A stretch of 64,000 bases of DNA, from the NCBI GenBank assembly GCA_022800625.1, contig JAAWQR010000007.1, positions 4,438-68,437 on the forward strand, given 5' to 3'. A program made the translations under genes and the position numbers. Numbering within the stretch: the stretch's first letter is position 1; every line of letters begins with the position of its first letter. The notes beneath the pieces are model-generated. The model made no database searches, had not been told where the DNA came from, and saw nothing but the letters and a program-made list of their open reading frames with translations. This DNA comes from Clostridiales bacterium. Its GTDB lineage: Bacteria; Bacillota; Clostridia; Oscillospirales; CAG-272. Shown here piece by piece: positions 45,653 through 54,801 of the stretch.

Positions 45653-45935
45653 ATAATTTCTCCGTTCCGCCGCCTCTTGCGGCATAAATAATTTAAAATC
45701 GGGTACAGCTCGCCGCCCGATATATAGATTAGATAAAAAAGGTAAAGTATAAATATGTTCAAGACACAGAAGGTTTTCGGATAAAAATCTGCTTGCATCA
45801 GTCCTTAGTGCATCTTATTCGGTTCTTATCCGGAAGCCTTCTGTATCAGGAAACAGGGGTTGATACACAGATGTGACCAACCCCCGTATATTCCTTACAG
45901 ATATGATTGTACAGATTTTTTATTTTGTTCCGAAA

Positions 45936-47123
45936 TCAATATCCGACGTAAACTCCGTCCTTGATTACAACAGCCATAGGAGCTTTGGAAACTTCTCCCT
46001 TATCGTTCCATGTGAGCTGTGAGCCTGCGCCTGTGATACCGTCGATTTTGATCTCAGTCATAGCTGCTGCAAGCTTGTCGCACATATCGGCAGCAGACAT
46101 GTCGGCTGTAACTCCTGATTTTTTAACTGCTTCTGCAATCGCGTAAACAGCATCGTATGCGTCTGCTGCAAACTGATTCGGGATTTCTCCGTGAGCGCTC
46201 TGATACTTTTCAACAAAGCTCTTTGTTGCAGCGTCCTCAGAGTCTGCAGAGAACGGAGTAAGAAGAATTACGCCTTCAGCAAGGCTCTTGTCAAAGTTTT
46301 CAAGAGAAAGGATTCCATCCATGCCGTCAACACCGAAGAAGAGCGGAGCGAAATCAGCGCTCTTAGCCTGTGCAAGGATAAGGGAAGCCGGTTCGTAGTA
46401 GATGGGGAGGAAGAGAAGGTCAGCTCCCTTGCTCTTTGCATCGTTTATCTGAACCGAGAAATCGGAAGCCGTGTCGTTCGTAAATGTAGTGACAGATACG
46501 ATGTCAAGACCGAGTTTTTCGGCTTCTGCTTTAAAGGATTCAAAAATTCCCGTAGAATATGCGTCGTCGTTTCTGTATATAATACCGATCTTTGTAGCGA
46601 GAGCCTTTTCTGCAATATACTGAGCAGATGCCGTACCCTGGTTAGGATCTGAGAAGCATACCTGGAAAACATTATCATGACCCTCAATTACCTGAGGTGA
46701 GGAAGCGGAAGGTGTTATCTGGAAAATACGGTCTGAATAGGTTTCGGGAGAGATTGCAAGACAAGGCGTTGTAGTTACGGTGCCGAGAAGCATGTGCATC
46801 TTCCAGTCTTTCAGAGTATTATACGCGCTGACAGATTTTTCAGCGTCGTTTTCATCGTCCTGGAAATTAAGCTCAAGTTTAATCTCGCCTTTAGCGTTGA
46901 TCTCGTCAACAGCGATCTGAGCGCCGTTCTTAACAGCCATGCCGTATGCGGCAGCTCCGCCGGTTACAGGACCGATTCCGCCGATTCTTATAGCGGATTC
47001 TGTGCCCGAAGTGCTTGAGTTTCCTGTATCGGAAGTGTTGCCGCCGTTATTTCCGCAGCCTGAAAGACAAACGGTACCGGCAAGCATGATAAGGGAAAGC
47101 GCGAGTGCGATTTTCTTTTTCAT
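45936..47123 (-). CDS. livJ: branched-chain amino acid ABC transporter substrate-binding lipoprotein (LivJ/K-like)
   Basis: 395 aa. The lipobox is LSGC. IRIGGIGPVTGGAAAYG is typical of type I PBP Leu/Ile/Val binders. Confidence 0.88.
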   Translation of the reverse strand: MKKKIALALSLIMLAGTVCLSGCGNNGGNTSDTGNSSTSGTESAIRIGGIGPVTGGAAAYGMAVKNGAQIAVDEINAKGEIKLELNFQDDENDAEKSVSAYNTLKDWKMHMLLGTVTTTPCLAISPETYSDRIFQITPSASSPQVIEGHDNVFQVCFSDPNQGTASAQYIAEKALATKIGIIYRNDDAYSTGIFESFKAEAEKLGLDIVSVTTFTNDTASDFSVQINDAKSKGADLLFLPIYYEPASLILAQAKSADFAPLFFGVDGMDGILSLENFDKSLAEGVILLTPFSADSEDAATKSFVEKYQSAHGEIPNQFAADAYDAVYAIAEAVKKSGVTADMSAADMCDKLAAAMTEIKIDGITGAGSQLTWNDKGEVSKAPMAVVIKDGVYVGY

Positions 47124-47222
47124 TTAAAAATTCTCCTTTGTGTTGATGATATATTACAAAGCCCCGACGGAGCTCGGTAAGCTGAAATACCGGATAAATA
47201 TGAAAATAAATTATATACAATA

Positions 47223-47251
47223 ATGATACTATATGCAAAAACAGTTGTCAA
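47223..47251 (-). promoter_or_regulatory. liv operon promoter
   Basis: On the minus strand: TTGACA (47251-47246), 17 nt, TATCAT (47228-47223). Confidence 0.6.
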
Positions 47252-47333
47252 GGGCAAAAAATAACAAAATACGAATAAAATTTCGCTGTAAATCAAAGCA
47301 TAATTAAGTTAAACGGATCTTTAAAACCTTTTT

Positions 47334-48809
47334 TTATTCTCGGCACGGGAAAGCAGACGCCATAGCCTTTTCTGCCGCTGAAACATGTGCGGCATAGCCC
47401 GAAAAATCACCGCGCTCGATTACATTTCTGACAAGTCCTCTTGTGTTGTCCCAAATTTCGGGATATACGGAATGAAATGCGGAAGAAAGATCGTATACCG
47501 CGCTTCTGTTGATTTCTTCAAGTACATAAGCCGAGCGATTATCGGGGAGAGCCGTAATATGCAGATAATCAACATATTTTTCAGCAATATATCCGTATGA
47601 GGCTGCATTAATAGCAGATAAAGTAAGCGATACCATCGAGCTGTTGGCAGGACCTTTCATCACGGTCATTACGGGCGCGGTTCCGTTTACAAGAGAGCGG
47701 TACGGCGCGTCTGCGGAAATCTTGGGGATCGGAAGAATTCCGAGACTGACACTTTCCGATAAATAAGACGAAATATCCGAAAGATATCCGACGGTGAACA
47801 TTACGCTGCCTTCACGGAAAGCTGCGGACGCATCGGCTCTCGATATGCCGTTTTTGTCACCGAGATCGAACATTTTTCGCACATAAGGTGCAGGAGCGTC
47901 CATCGCACCGTCGGCAAAGCCCACAGTCGGAACGGTTCTCTCCGCAGAATTTATAAATTTCTCACCCGCGGAAGCAAAAACAATGTCCGATACGTCGCCT
48001 TCGGAAACAGCTGCTCCGGCAATACCGTCCGCGCCGTCTGCAAGTGCGGCATATTCAAGAAGTTTGTCCCATGTAAGCTCTCCGCGAAGCGCGTCGTCAT
48101 ACGGGGAAGTTTCTGTAACCGAGGAAAGCAGTGTTTTGTTAAAGTATACGACAGGCATGGCGGACAGAGAGGGCGTGCTCTCTCCCGCTGCCCCGTAAAT
48201 CATGTCTCCGGCAGAAAGCGCATTTACAGATGAAGCGTTAAAGTATGGTTCCGAAAGATCTAAGAACGGAAGAGAGCGCAGGTTTTCGAGCACTCCCGAA
48301 ACTGCAAATTCTCCGACATATTCCATCGGAATTGACATAATGTCGGAGTAGTACATTCCTGAGTTAACTGCTGCCGCAGCTCCGTCAAGCATGGAGGAAA
48401 TATCGCTCTTTCCGCAGCCTATTTTTATATTGTATTTTTCTTCGACCGCTTTATTTCTTGCATAGATAACTTCGGACATATATTTGACTTCGCTCGGATC
48501 AAAAAGAACCGTTTCGGGTGAAGTTATAAAAAAGGACGCGCCGTCATAGTCGGCATCGGGCAGGCTTTTAAGATATGCTTCCGCCCATACGGCGTTGTCG
48601 GGGTTTCCTCCGTGAAGAACTATCGTTTCGGGCTGCGGAGCTTCTGTCTGTAAAGGCTCGGTTTGTTTTGCAGAATCAGAATCGGTCATGCCGAAGTCGG
48701 AATCAGTCGAAGTGTTTCCGCAGGAGACGAGAGCTGAGAGACAAAGCAGAATTGAAATTGCCGCAGATATTCCTTTCAGCATACAAAGTTTAAAATTTAT
48801 CTTACGCAT
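47334..48809 (-). CDS. extracellular solute-binding-protein-like lipoprotein (orphan, no adjacent permeases)
   Basis: 491 aa. Signal peptide plus lipobox LVSCGN and a T/S/D/Q/P-rich linker. The size and composition fit a family-1 SBP. Confidence 0.65.
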   Translation of the reverse strand: MRKINFKLCMLKGISAAISILLCLSALVSCGNTSTDSDFGMTDSDSAKQTEPLQTEAPQPETIVLHGGNPDNAVWAEAYLKSLPDADYDGASFFITSPETVLFDPSEVKYMSEVIYARNKAVEEKYNIKIGCGKSDISSMLDGAAAAVNSGMYYSDIMSIPMEYVGEFAVSGVLENLRSLPFLDLSEPYFNASSVNALSAGDMIYGAAGESTPSLSAMPVVYFNKTLLSSVTETSPYDDALRGELTWDKLLEYAALADGADGIAGAAVSEGDVSDIVFASAGEKFINSAERTVPTVGFADGAMDAPAPYVRKMFDLGDKNGISRADASAAFREGSVMFTVGYLSDISSYLSESVSLGILPIPKISADAPYRSLVNGTAPVMTVMKGPANSSMVSLTLSAINAASYGYIAEKYVDYLHITALPDNRSAYVLEEINRSAVYDLSSAFHSVYPEIWDNTRGLVRNVIERGDFSGYAAHVSAAEKAMASAFPCRE

Positions 48810-48954
48810 ATTATTGCACCGTCACTTATACAAATTTGAAATAATTTGAAGAAAATGGAAAATATTTTATTTGCAGATGAATAACATCATCACAGAATAC
48901 GAAATAATAAAGCATACACACCGAGAACTGTAAAGTCAGAAACAAAAGAAAGGT

Positions 48955-49797
48955 ATGGTGATCTTTATGAAATTCAGCAGAAAAGCTATTATAGGTACAT
49001 CTATTTTAACGGCGGCTCTTATGTTTGCAGGTACGTCGGCTGTTTATGCAGCGGACAAGGTTCCGAATGTCGTGCTTGACGGAGAAAAATACGAGGGAGA
49101 TTTAAAGCTGATAGACGGTACGACATATGTGCGTCTCAGAGAATTCTCAGAATCTCTCGGCGGAGATGTTTCATGGGAAAATGATGAAAGGATCGCAGGT
49201 GTTACTGCATCCGGTCTTGAACTTTCAGCGCAAATAGGAGAAAACTATATTTCGGCAAACGGAAGATACTTATGGAGTCCTTTGTCAGTATTTATTGAAA
49301 ACGACCGCACTTATGTTCCTCTTCGGGCGATCGGAAAGGCATTCGGCTTTAATACGGAGTGGAGCGGAGAGAAGTTTGAAGCATCTTTGAAGAGAGAGCG
49401 AGACGCTATTAAAAGCGCCGACACTTATTATTCTGATGAAGATCTCTATTGGCTGTCTAGAATAATTTCGGCTGAGGCGGGCGGCGAGCCGCTTGAAGGC
49501 AAGCTTGCTGTGGGAGCGGTTGTTTTGAACAGAGTTCGTGACAGCAGTTTTCCCGACACCGTTTACGGCGTAATTTTTGACAGAAATAACGGAACTCAGT
49601 TTACACCTACGTCAAACGGTGCTATATTTGCCCGTCCGAATGCCGAGAGTATTATAGCGGCAAAGCTGTGTCTTGAGGGGTATCTGTCGAATGAAGATAT
49701 AATGTTTTTTATCAACACAGAGCTTGCCGAAAGTTTTTGGATAACGAAGAACAGGCAATTTGTCATGAGTATAGGTGCGCATGATTTTTATGCGTAA
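48955..49797 (+). CDS. SleB-type cell wall hydrolase with an N-terminal copper-amine-oxidase-like stalk domain
   Basis: Signal peptide. VVLDGEKY...LIDGTTYVRLREFSESLG is the Cu_amine_oxidN1-like part. WLSRIISAEAGGEPLEGKLAVGAVVLNRV...VYGVIF...QFTP is the Hydrolase_2/SleB part. The start may be 48967. Confidence 0.85.
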   Translation: MVIFMKFSRKAIIGTSILTAALMFAGTSAVYAADKVPNVVLDGEKYEGDLKLIDGTTYVRLREFSESLGGDVSWENDERIAGVTASGLELSAQIGENYISANGRYLWSPLSVFIENDRTYVPLRAIGKAFGFNTEWSGEKFEASLKRERDAIKSADTYYSDEDLYWLSRIISAEAGGEPLEGKLAVGAVVLNRVRDSSFPDTVYGVIFDRNNGTQFTPTSNGAIFARPNAESIIAAKLCLEGYLSNEDIMFFINTELAESFWITKNRQFVMSIGAHDFYA

Positions 49798-49822
49798 ATA
49801 AGGAGGAACAGGAGATGATTTA

Positions 49823-50551
49823 TCATCTCCTTTTCTTTATTCGACGCTTTATTTTTATGAATTCGCATATCATGTTTATGCTGTCGCTAATCATGTGTAT
49901 ATGGCTTTCTCTGTGATTTATTATTTTAACGGGCATTTCGCGAATGACCGCCTTTTCTTTTTCTGCAAGAAGAAAGATCTCAAAATCAAACGCCCACCCG
50001 TCGCACTCGGCAACAGAAAATATCCGCCTTGCAAGCTCTCCCGAGAACAGCTTAAATCCGCACTGAGAATCCGTCATTGAAAATCCTGCAATAAGCTTAA
50101 GCGCCGTCATGTACACTTTTGAAGCGATCCTGCGGAATATGCCGTAAGCGGCGTATCCGTCGGGGTGTATTGCCCGAGAGCCTGCGACTGCATCGATGTT
50201 TTCGTTTTTTAACAAATCAACAGCCTCGGGTATTACTGCCGTGCCGTATGCAAGATCACAGTCGGTGTAAAGAACGGCATCCCCGCTTGAAGCGGCAACA
50301 GCTCGTCTTACCGCGCCGCCTTTGCCGGTATTATGGTCTGAAAGGCAGGATTTTATCCGTCCGAAATGCAAATTATCACCTGACGGCAGAAGTGCAACAG
50401 ATGCGTCGGTCGAGCCGTCATCGGAAAATATAATCTCATATTCATCGCCTGCTTTTTCGCAGTAAGATTCCATTTCTTCCGTGATAGCTTTTGCACAGGA
50501 GACGACGATTTTTTCTTCATTATACATTGGAATACATATGCTGATTTTCAT
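49823..50551 (-). CDS. glycosyltransferase family 2
   Basis: MKISICIPMYNEEK...IIFSDDGSTD...LYTDCDL are GT-A DxD-type motifs. AAAGGA RBS. The ORF is open to 50572. Confidence 0.85.
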   Translation of the reverse strand: MKISICIPMYNEEKIVVSCAKAITEEMESYCEKAGDEYEIIFSDDGSTDASVALLPSGDNLHFGRIKSCLSDHNTGKGGAVRRAVAASSGDAVLYTDCDLAYGTAVIPEAVDLLKNENIDAVAGSRAIHPDGYAAYGIFRRIASKVYMTALKLIAGFSMTDSQCGFKLFSGELARRIFSVAECDGWAFDFEIFLLAEKEKAVIREMPVKIINHRESHIHMISDSINMICEFIKIKRRIKKRR

Positions 50552-50575
50552 TAGACATCCTTTCGGGATCATACG

Positions 50576-51490
50576 TCATTTTTTTATGAAAACATACAGA
50601 TCCGTATCAACTGTTAATTCAAGCAGGTCTGTTTTTTCGAGAATTTTTACGGCATTCGGAGGAGTTTTGTAGTAGAACGGCGTCATTCCGAAAAGGTTCA
50701 TTATTGAAGAATTTGATTCAAGCTTTATTTTGTATTTAAGTTTTTTGCAGTCTGCCTGATAAAAACCGTCGCCTGCTTTCGGAACAGACGGTTTTTTTAT
50801 GACGTTCGGATATATCATTTCGCGCATTTCAATCAAATGATCCTCGCCCGAGGCTGCAACTACGGTAATGCCTCCGTGCGTGAGTATGCGAAAATTTTCG
50901 TCTCCTGCGATAGGGGCGAACATGGAGACCACAGCGCCCACAGATTTATCTTTCAGAGGCAGGTAGAAAATGTTTCCCGTCATAAAGGATATAAGCGAAC
51001 TCCCTTCAAACGGTGCGCCGATTCCGTTTTTCGGAGCAAGGGCTTGTTCTGCCGCAGATTTAGCCGCATGAGCGGCAGCGTTTTTTGACGCGTCAAAAGC
51101 GGCGCAGCACACGGGAGTCATTCCTGTTTCGGATATTCGCTTTACAAATCTGCATGTATGATATCCTTCTCCGCAGCCGGAATCTGCGATCTTGATTATT
51201 CCTCCTGTTTCCTCCGTCGGGTGATATTCAAGTATCAGGTCGGCTACAGTATCAGATATCCTGTCATAGTATCCGAGACTCAGAAATGCGCTTCGTGAGC
51301 GCACCATTTCGGCATCGTCACCCGATTTTGCGTTTCTTCCGCGCCCCGGAGGCAGCATGTTGACATAACCCTGCCTTGCAATGTCAAAGGTGTGCGTCTT
51401 AGCTCCTCCGCGGCATATCAGGCTTCCGCCGTCTCTTTCGAGAGGACCTCCGCAGGTCGGGCATTTCAGTAATTCAAAAATATCAGGCAA
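50576..51490 (-). CDS. RlmA(RrmA)-like SAM-dependent methyltransferase with an N-terminal zinc ribbon
   Basis: LKCPTCGGPL...LIC......HTFDIARQGYVNMLP is the RlmA hallmark. The SAM motif is IADSGCGEGYH. Confidence 0.8.
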   Translation of the reverse strand: MPDIFELLKCPTCGGPLERDGGSLICRGGAKTHTFDIARQGYVNMLPPGRGRNAKSGDDAEMVRSRSAFLSLGYYDRISDTVADLILEYHPTEETGGIIKIADSGCGEGYHTCRFVKRISETGMTPVCCAAFDASKNAAAHAAKSAAEQALAPKNGIGAPFEGSSLISFMTGNIFYLPLKDKSVGAVVSMFAPIAGDENFRILTHGGITVVAASGEDHLIEMREMIYPNVIKKPSVPKAGDGFYQADCKKLKYKIKLESNSSIMNLFGMTPFYYKTPPNAVKILEKTDLLELTVDTDLYVFIKK

Positions 51491-51517
51491 GTGGTTTCCT
51501 CCGATTTTTATATGAAG

Positions 51518-52696
51518 TCAGTCAGTTATTATCTCACATAAAACTGCGTGCAGGGCATATCTCCTTGTAGCAATGCCGTTTGTACACGTGGACAGAGTAA
51601 GAATTCGGCTGTCGGCTGTGAATTCCGCGTCGCTTCCGATATCTGAGAGTGAACGGAGATTTTCTGCAAATTCCCTGAACGTATCTCCCGTTTCAAAGTA
51701 TGTGTCGATATATCCCGAGTCATATGACGCTTCATGGACGGAAAACGGCTTAAAAATATATATTCCGTCAAAGGTATAAAGATATATATTTGTGTTTTCA
51801 AAAACATCGGGCGAGAAAAATGTTTCGACATCGTGGAACATTTGACCGGAATTTACGTTATGCCCGTACAAAACAGTATTGTAATTTTCCGTGATCTTCG
51901 GCGAACACCTGAAGTCGGCGAATATCGAACCTGTAACGAGGTTGTCTCCCGTGTAAGCTCTGTCAAGATAATATTCATTGTCACCTGCCTGTGCTATCGG
52001 ATAATCTATTCGAGTTCCGGGAACCTTGATCCAGCCGTATATGTCGGAATTTATGCTTGCAAGAGAAGAAAGCGCGGCCCGCATCTTAAAAAGCTCTTCC
52101 GTATATGATTTTTTTGATACAATATCACCCGAAATCCCGTTTGCTATTATATCGTCCATGGTCGGAGTATACGGAATCTGTTTGTCGGGTGCAAGGAGGG
52201 TTATAAGAGAATCTTTTGTCTCTGAACCGTCAATATTAAAGCTGTCTCCCGAAAACTTTTCGGCAAGCTCGCCGTAAATTCTGTCGGTCTTATATTTTCC
52301 GTATATATTTTGAGCAAGGGTTATAAGACTTAGCGCGCATGCCGTAATGCAAAGCAGAAAAATAAGAATGCGGAAAATATTAAGTCCTTTATGCGAAGCA
52401 TGTGTTTTTTCGGCACATGCGTCTTCTTCGGAAAAATCAAAAAGCGAGCGTTCAAATTCATTTTTAAAATCACACGATGCGTCCGCTTTCTTTTCATGAG
52501 CATTTTCCGAAGCAGTATCCGAGCTTTCGCTTATACCGCAGGAGACCGCAGCTTCAGATTCACGCACGCCGTTATGAATCTCTTCGGTAATTTCCGAAAC
52601 ATTTTCACTTTCCGAAGGGGTGAGTTTATCTGAATCGGAATTTATTAAAACATCAGGCTGAGACTTTGATCTTTTCTTTTTATTTTTTCGACTCAC
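51518..52696 (-). CDS. srtB: class B sortase with a long N-terminal cytoplasmic extension and a TM anchor
   Basis: The catalytic region is YGWIKVPGTRIDYPI...TVLYGHN...LTLSTCT. The start is probably GTG 52696 (GGAGG 7 nt upstream). The upstream part of the track ORF (to 52960) looks non-coding. Confidence 0.8.
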   Translation of the reverse strand: MSRKNKKKRSKSQPDVLINSDSDKLTPSESENVSEITEEIHNGVRESEAAVSCGISESSDTASENAHEKKADASCDFKNEFERSLFDFSEEDACAEKTHASHKGLNIFRILIFLLCITACALSLITLAQNIYGKYKTDRIYGELAEKFSGDSFNIDGSETKDSLITLLAPDKQIPYTPTMDDIIANGISGDIVSKKSYTEELFKMRAALSSLASINSDIYGWIKVPGTRIDYPIAQAGDNEYYLDRAYTGDNLVTGSIFADFRCSPKITENYNTVLYGHNVNSGQMFHDVETFFSPDVFENTNIYLYTFDGIYIFKPFSVHEASYDSGYIDTYFETGDTFREFAENLRSLSDIGSDAEFTADSRILTLSTCTNGIATRRYALHAVLCEIITD

Positions 52697-52792
52697 ACTT
52701 ACACCTCCGATCCTGCCGACACAGCGAACTCTGATTTTGATGCTTATACGAAATTGTTTGATGTATTTATTATTCTGCATATCTATAACTAT

Positions 52793-52821
52793 ATTATATC
52801 TTCTTCGTACGTTTTTTACAA
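52793..52821 (-). promoter_or_regulatory. promoter of the sortase operon
   Basis: On the minus strand: TTGTAA (52821-52816), 17 nt, TATAAT (52798-52793). Confidence 0.55.
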
Positions 52822-53253
52822 TAGTAAACGCATCTGTTATTACATTTTTTTGAGTAAACTTCCGAGTACGAGGAAACTGCGCGACTGTATCGTATGCTGT
52901 TTTTATTAAAATCAAATGAAATGTTGTACCGATTTGTACTGACTTTCTGACCGATATCAATGAGATGTTTTAATAATATTAAAAACAAATCCGCTTCCGA
53001 ACGGAGAAAAACGGCTCGCACTTTTTACCTGATATACAATTTAACCAAAAGAGAGCGTTTAATTTTGGCAAATAAGCCTCTTTAAAAACGCAGCGCAATC
53101 TGATACAATATATATGTATTATTTTAGGCGGCGGTTTGAGCACGGTCATGTTTGCCGTGCCGAAAATCGGACAGCCGAAGCTTTGTTAAAAGCAATTGTA
53201 CACAATTTTAAGCAATAATTTTACTGCCGTCTGACGGCAGGACGGAGGTTTAT

Positions 53254-54366
53254 ATGGCAAGTCTTTCACTCAGACACATTTACAAGAAGTATCCCGGCGG
53301 AGTTACAGCTGTTTCGGATTTCTGTCTTGATATTAAAGATAAGGAGTTCCTTATCTTTGTCGGTCCGTCAGGATGCGGTAAGTCTACTACGCTTCGTATG
53401 ATCGCAGGACTTGAAGAGATTACTGAGGGTGAGCTTTTCATCGGCGATAAACTTGTAAACGATGTAGCTCCTAAGGACCGCGACATCGCGATGGTGTTCC
53501 AGAACTACGCTCTTTATCCGCATATGTCCGTGTTTGATAACATGGCATTCGGACTGAAGCTTCGTAAGACTCCGAAAGAGGAGATCAAGCGCCGCGTTGA
53601 AGAGGCAGCTCGTATTCTTGATATTTCTCACCTTCTTGAAAGAAAGCCGAAGGCTCTGTCAGGAGGTCAGAAACAGCGTGTTGCGCTCGGTCGTGCTATC
53701 GTTCGTAATCCTAAGGTCTTCCTTCTCGACGAGCCGCTGTCAAACCTTGACGCTAAGCTCCGTGCGACGATGAGAACCGAGCTTACAAAGATTCACCAGA
53801 GAGTCGGTACAACATTCGTATACGTAACGCATGACCAGACAGAGGCTATGACGATGGCTACGCGTATCGTTGTTATGAAGGACGGCGTTATCCAGCAGGT
53901 AGATACTCCTCAGAATCTGTACGATTCGCCTGTAAACCTCTTTGTTGCAGGATTTATCGGAACTCCTCAGATGAACTTCATCAACTGTGTTCTTGAGAAG
54001 AAAAACGGCGGGGTATACCTTACATTCGGCGCTAACTCCGTTAAACTTCCCGATGATAAGGCTAATGCTCCCGAGCTTCAGGAATACATGGGACGCGAAG
54101 TTATTCTCGGTATCCGTCCCGAGTGCATCCACGACGATGCAGCTCATATACGTGCAATGCCTGATTCTATTATCGAAGCAGACGTTGAAGTTACCGAGCT
54201 TATGGGCGCTGAAATTTACCTGTACCTTGTATCCGATGAAACAAACCTTATTGCACGAGTTTCACCGCGCTCGACTACACGTGCCGGCGATATCGTAAAT
54301 GTTGCATTTGATATGACTCGCGTACATATCTTTGATAAGGAAACAGAGCGCTGCATTATTCACTAA
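53254..54366 (+). CDS. msmK: sugar ABC transporter ATP-binding protein (MsmK/UgpC/MalK type), stand-alone
   Basis: 370 aa. GPSGCGKSTTLRMIAGLE, LSGGQKQRVALGRAIV, FLLDEPLSNLDAKLR and a C-terminal TOBE-like domain. Confidence 0.92.
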   Translation: MASLSLRHIYKKYPGGVTAVSDFCLDIKDKEFLIFVGPSGCGKSTTLRMIAGLEEITEGELFIGDKLVNDVAPKDRDIAMVFQNYALYPHMSVFDNMAFGLKLRKTPKEEIKRRVEEAARILDISHLLERKPKALSGGQKQRVALGRAIVRNPKVFLLDEPLSNLDAKLRATMRTELTKIHQRVGTTFVYVTHDQTEAMTMATRIVVMKDGVIQQVDTPQNLYDSPVNLFVAGFIGTPQMNFINCVLEKKNGGVYLTFGANSVKLPDDKANAPELQEYMGREVILGIRPECIHDDAAHIRAMPDSIIEADVEVTELMGAEIYLYLVSDETNLIARVSPRSTTRAGDIVNVAFDMTRVHIFDKETERCIIH

Positions 54367-54384
54367 AGAACAAAATAACTTTTG

Positions 54385-54417
54385 GGACTGTCGTTATTAT
54401 ACGGCAGTCCTTTTTTA
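54385..54417 (+). terminator. intrinsic terminator after msmK
   Basis: Stem ggactgtcg/cggcagtcc with one G-T pair, followed by TTTTTT. Confidence 0.8.
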
Positions 54418-54554
54418 TACAAAATCTCAGTCACAGGCGGCGAATATAACTTTTAAGAATAATATTTTATCGAATCGGCGGTAATTTGATTTTTTCGGTA
54501 CATACTATGGAGGAAAAATAATAAAATGTATACTGTACTGTCTTTCTTTTTGTA

Positions 54555-54583
54555 TTGATTTTAACATCTGCTTGTGATATAAT
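54555..54583 (+). promoter_or_regulatory. promoter of the acyl-CoA ligase/aro operon
   Basis: TTGATT (54555-54560), 17 nt, TATAAT (54578-54583), with an extended -10 TG. It leaves a leader of about 210 nt. Confidence 0.6.
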
Positions 54584-54801
54584 TGTATGAAGTATAATTA
54601 TACGTGAAACACATCGGAGATTAACGTGAAAGATATGTTTGGCTTATAATCAAAGCTTGTATGTTTCACGTCTTGATTCTTCTGCTTTGCACTTATGCAA
54701 GGCAGGAAAATTAAGATTTGCCCATTTTTGTTTCTATCGGAAACACAGGAGAATTCCATTACTGATTGTGAAGCCGTTTTTGCGGCGGAACGGAGATTAT
54801 A

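Noticed and set aside
52697-52960. The 5' extension of the sortase ORF (track start at 52960).
   Set aside because: The extension contains the predicted minus-strand promoter (52793-52821). Its sequence is basic and low-complexity. GGAGG followed by GTG at 52696 fits the start of the K-rich N-terminus.
54584-54801. A T-box or known riboswitch upstream of the aro-containing operon.
   Set aside because: I found no T-box core (…GGTGGTACCGCG-like) and no other riboswitch core I recognise. I kept only the generic structured-leader observation.
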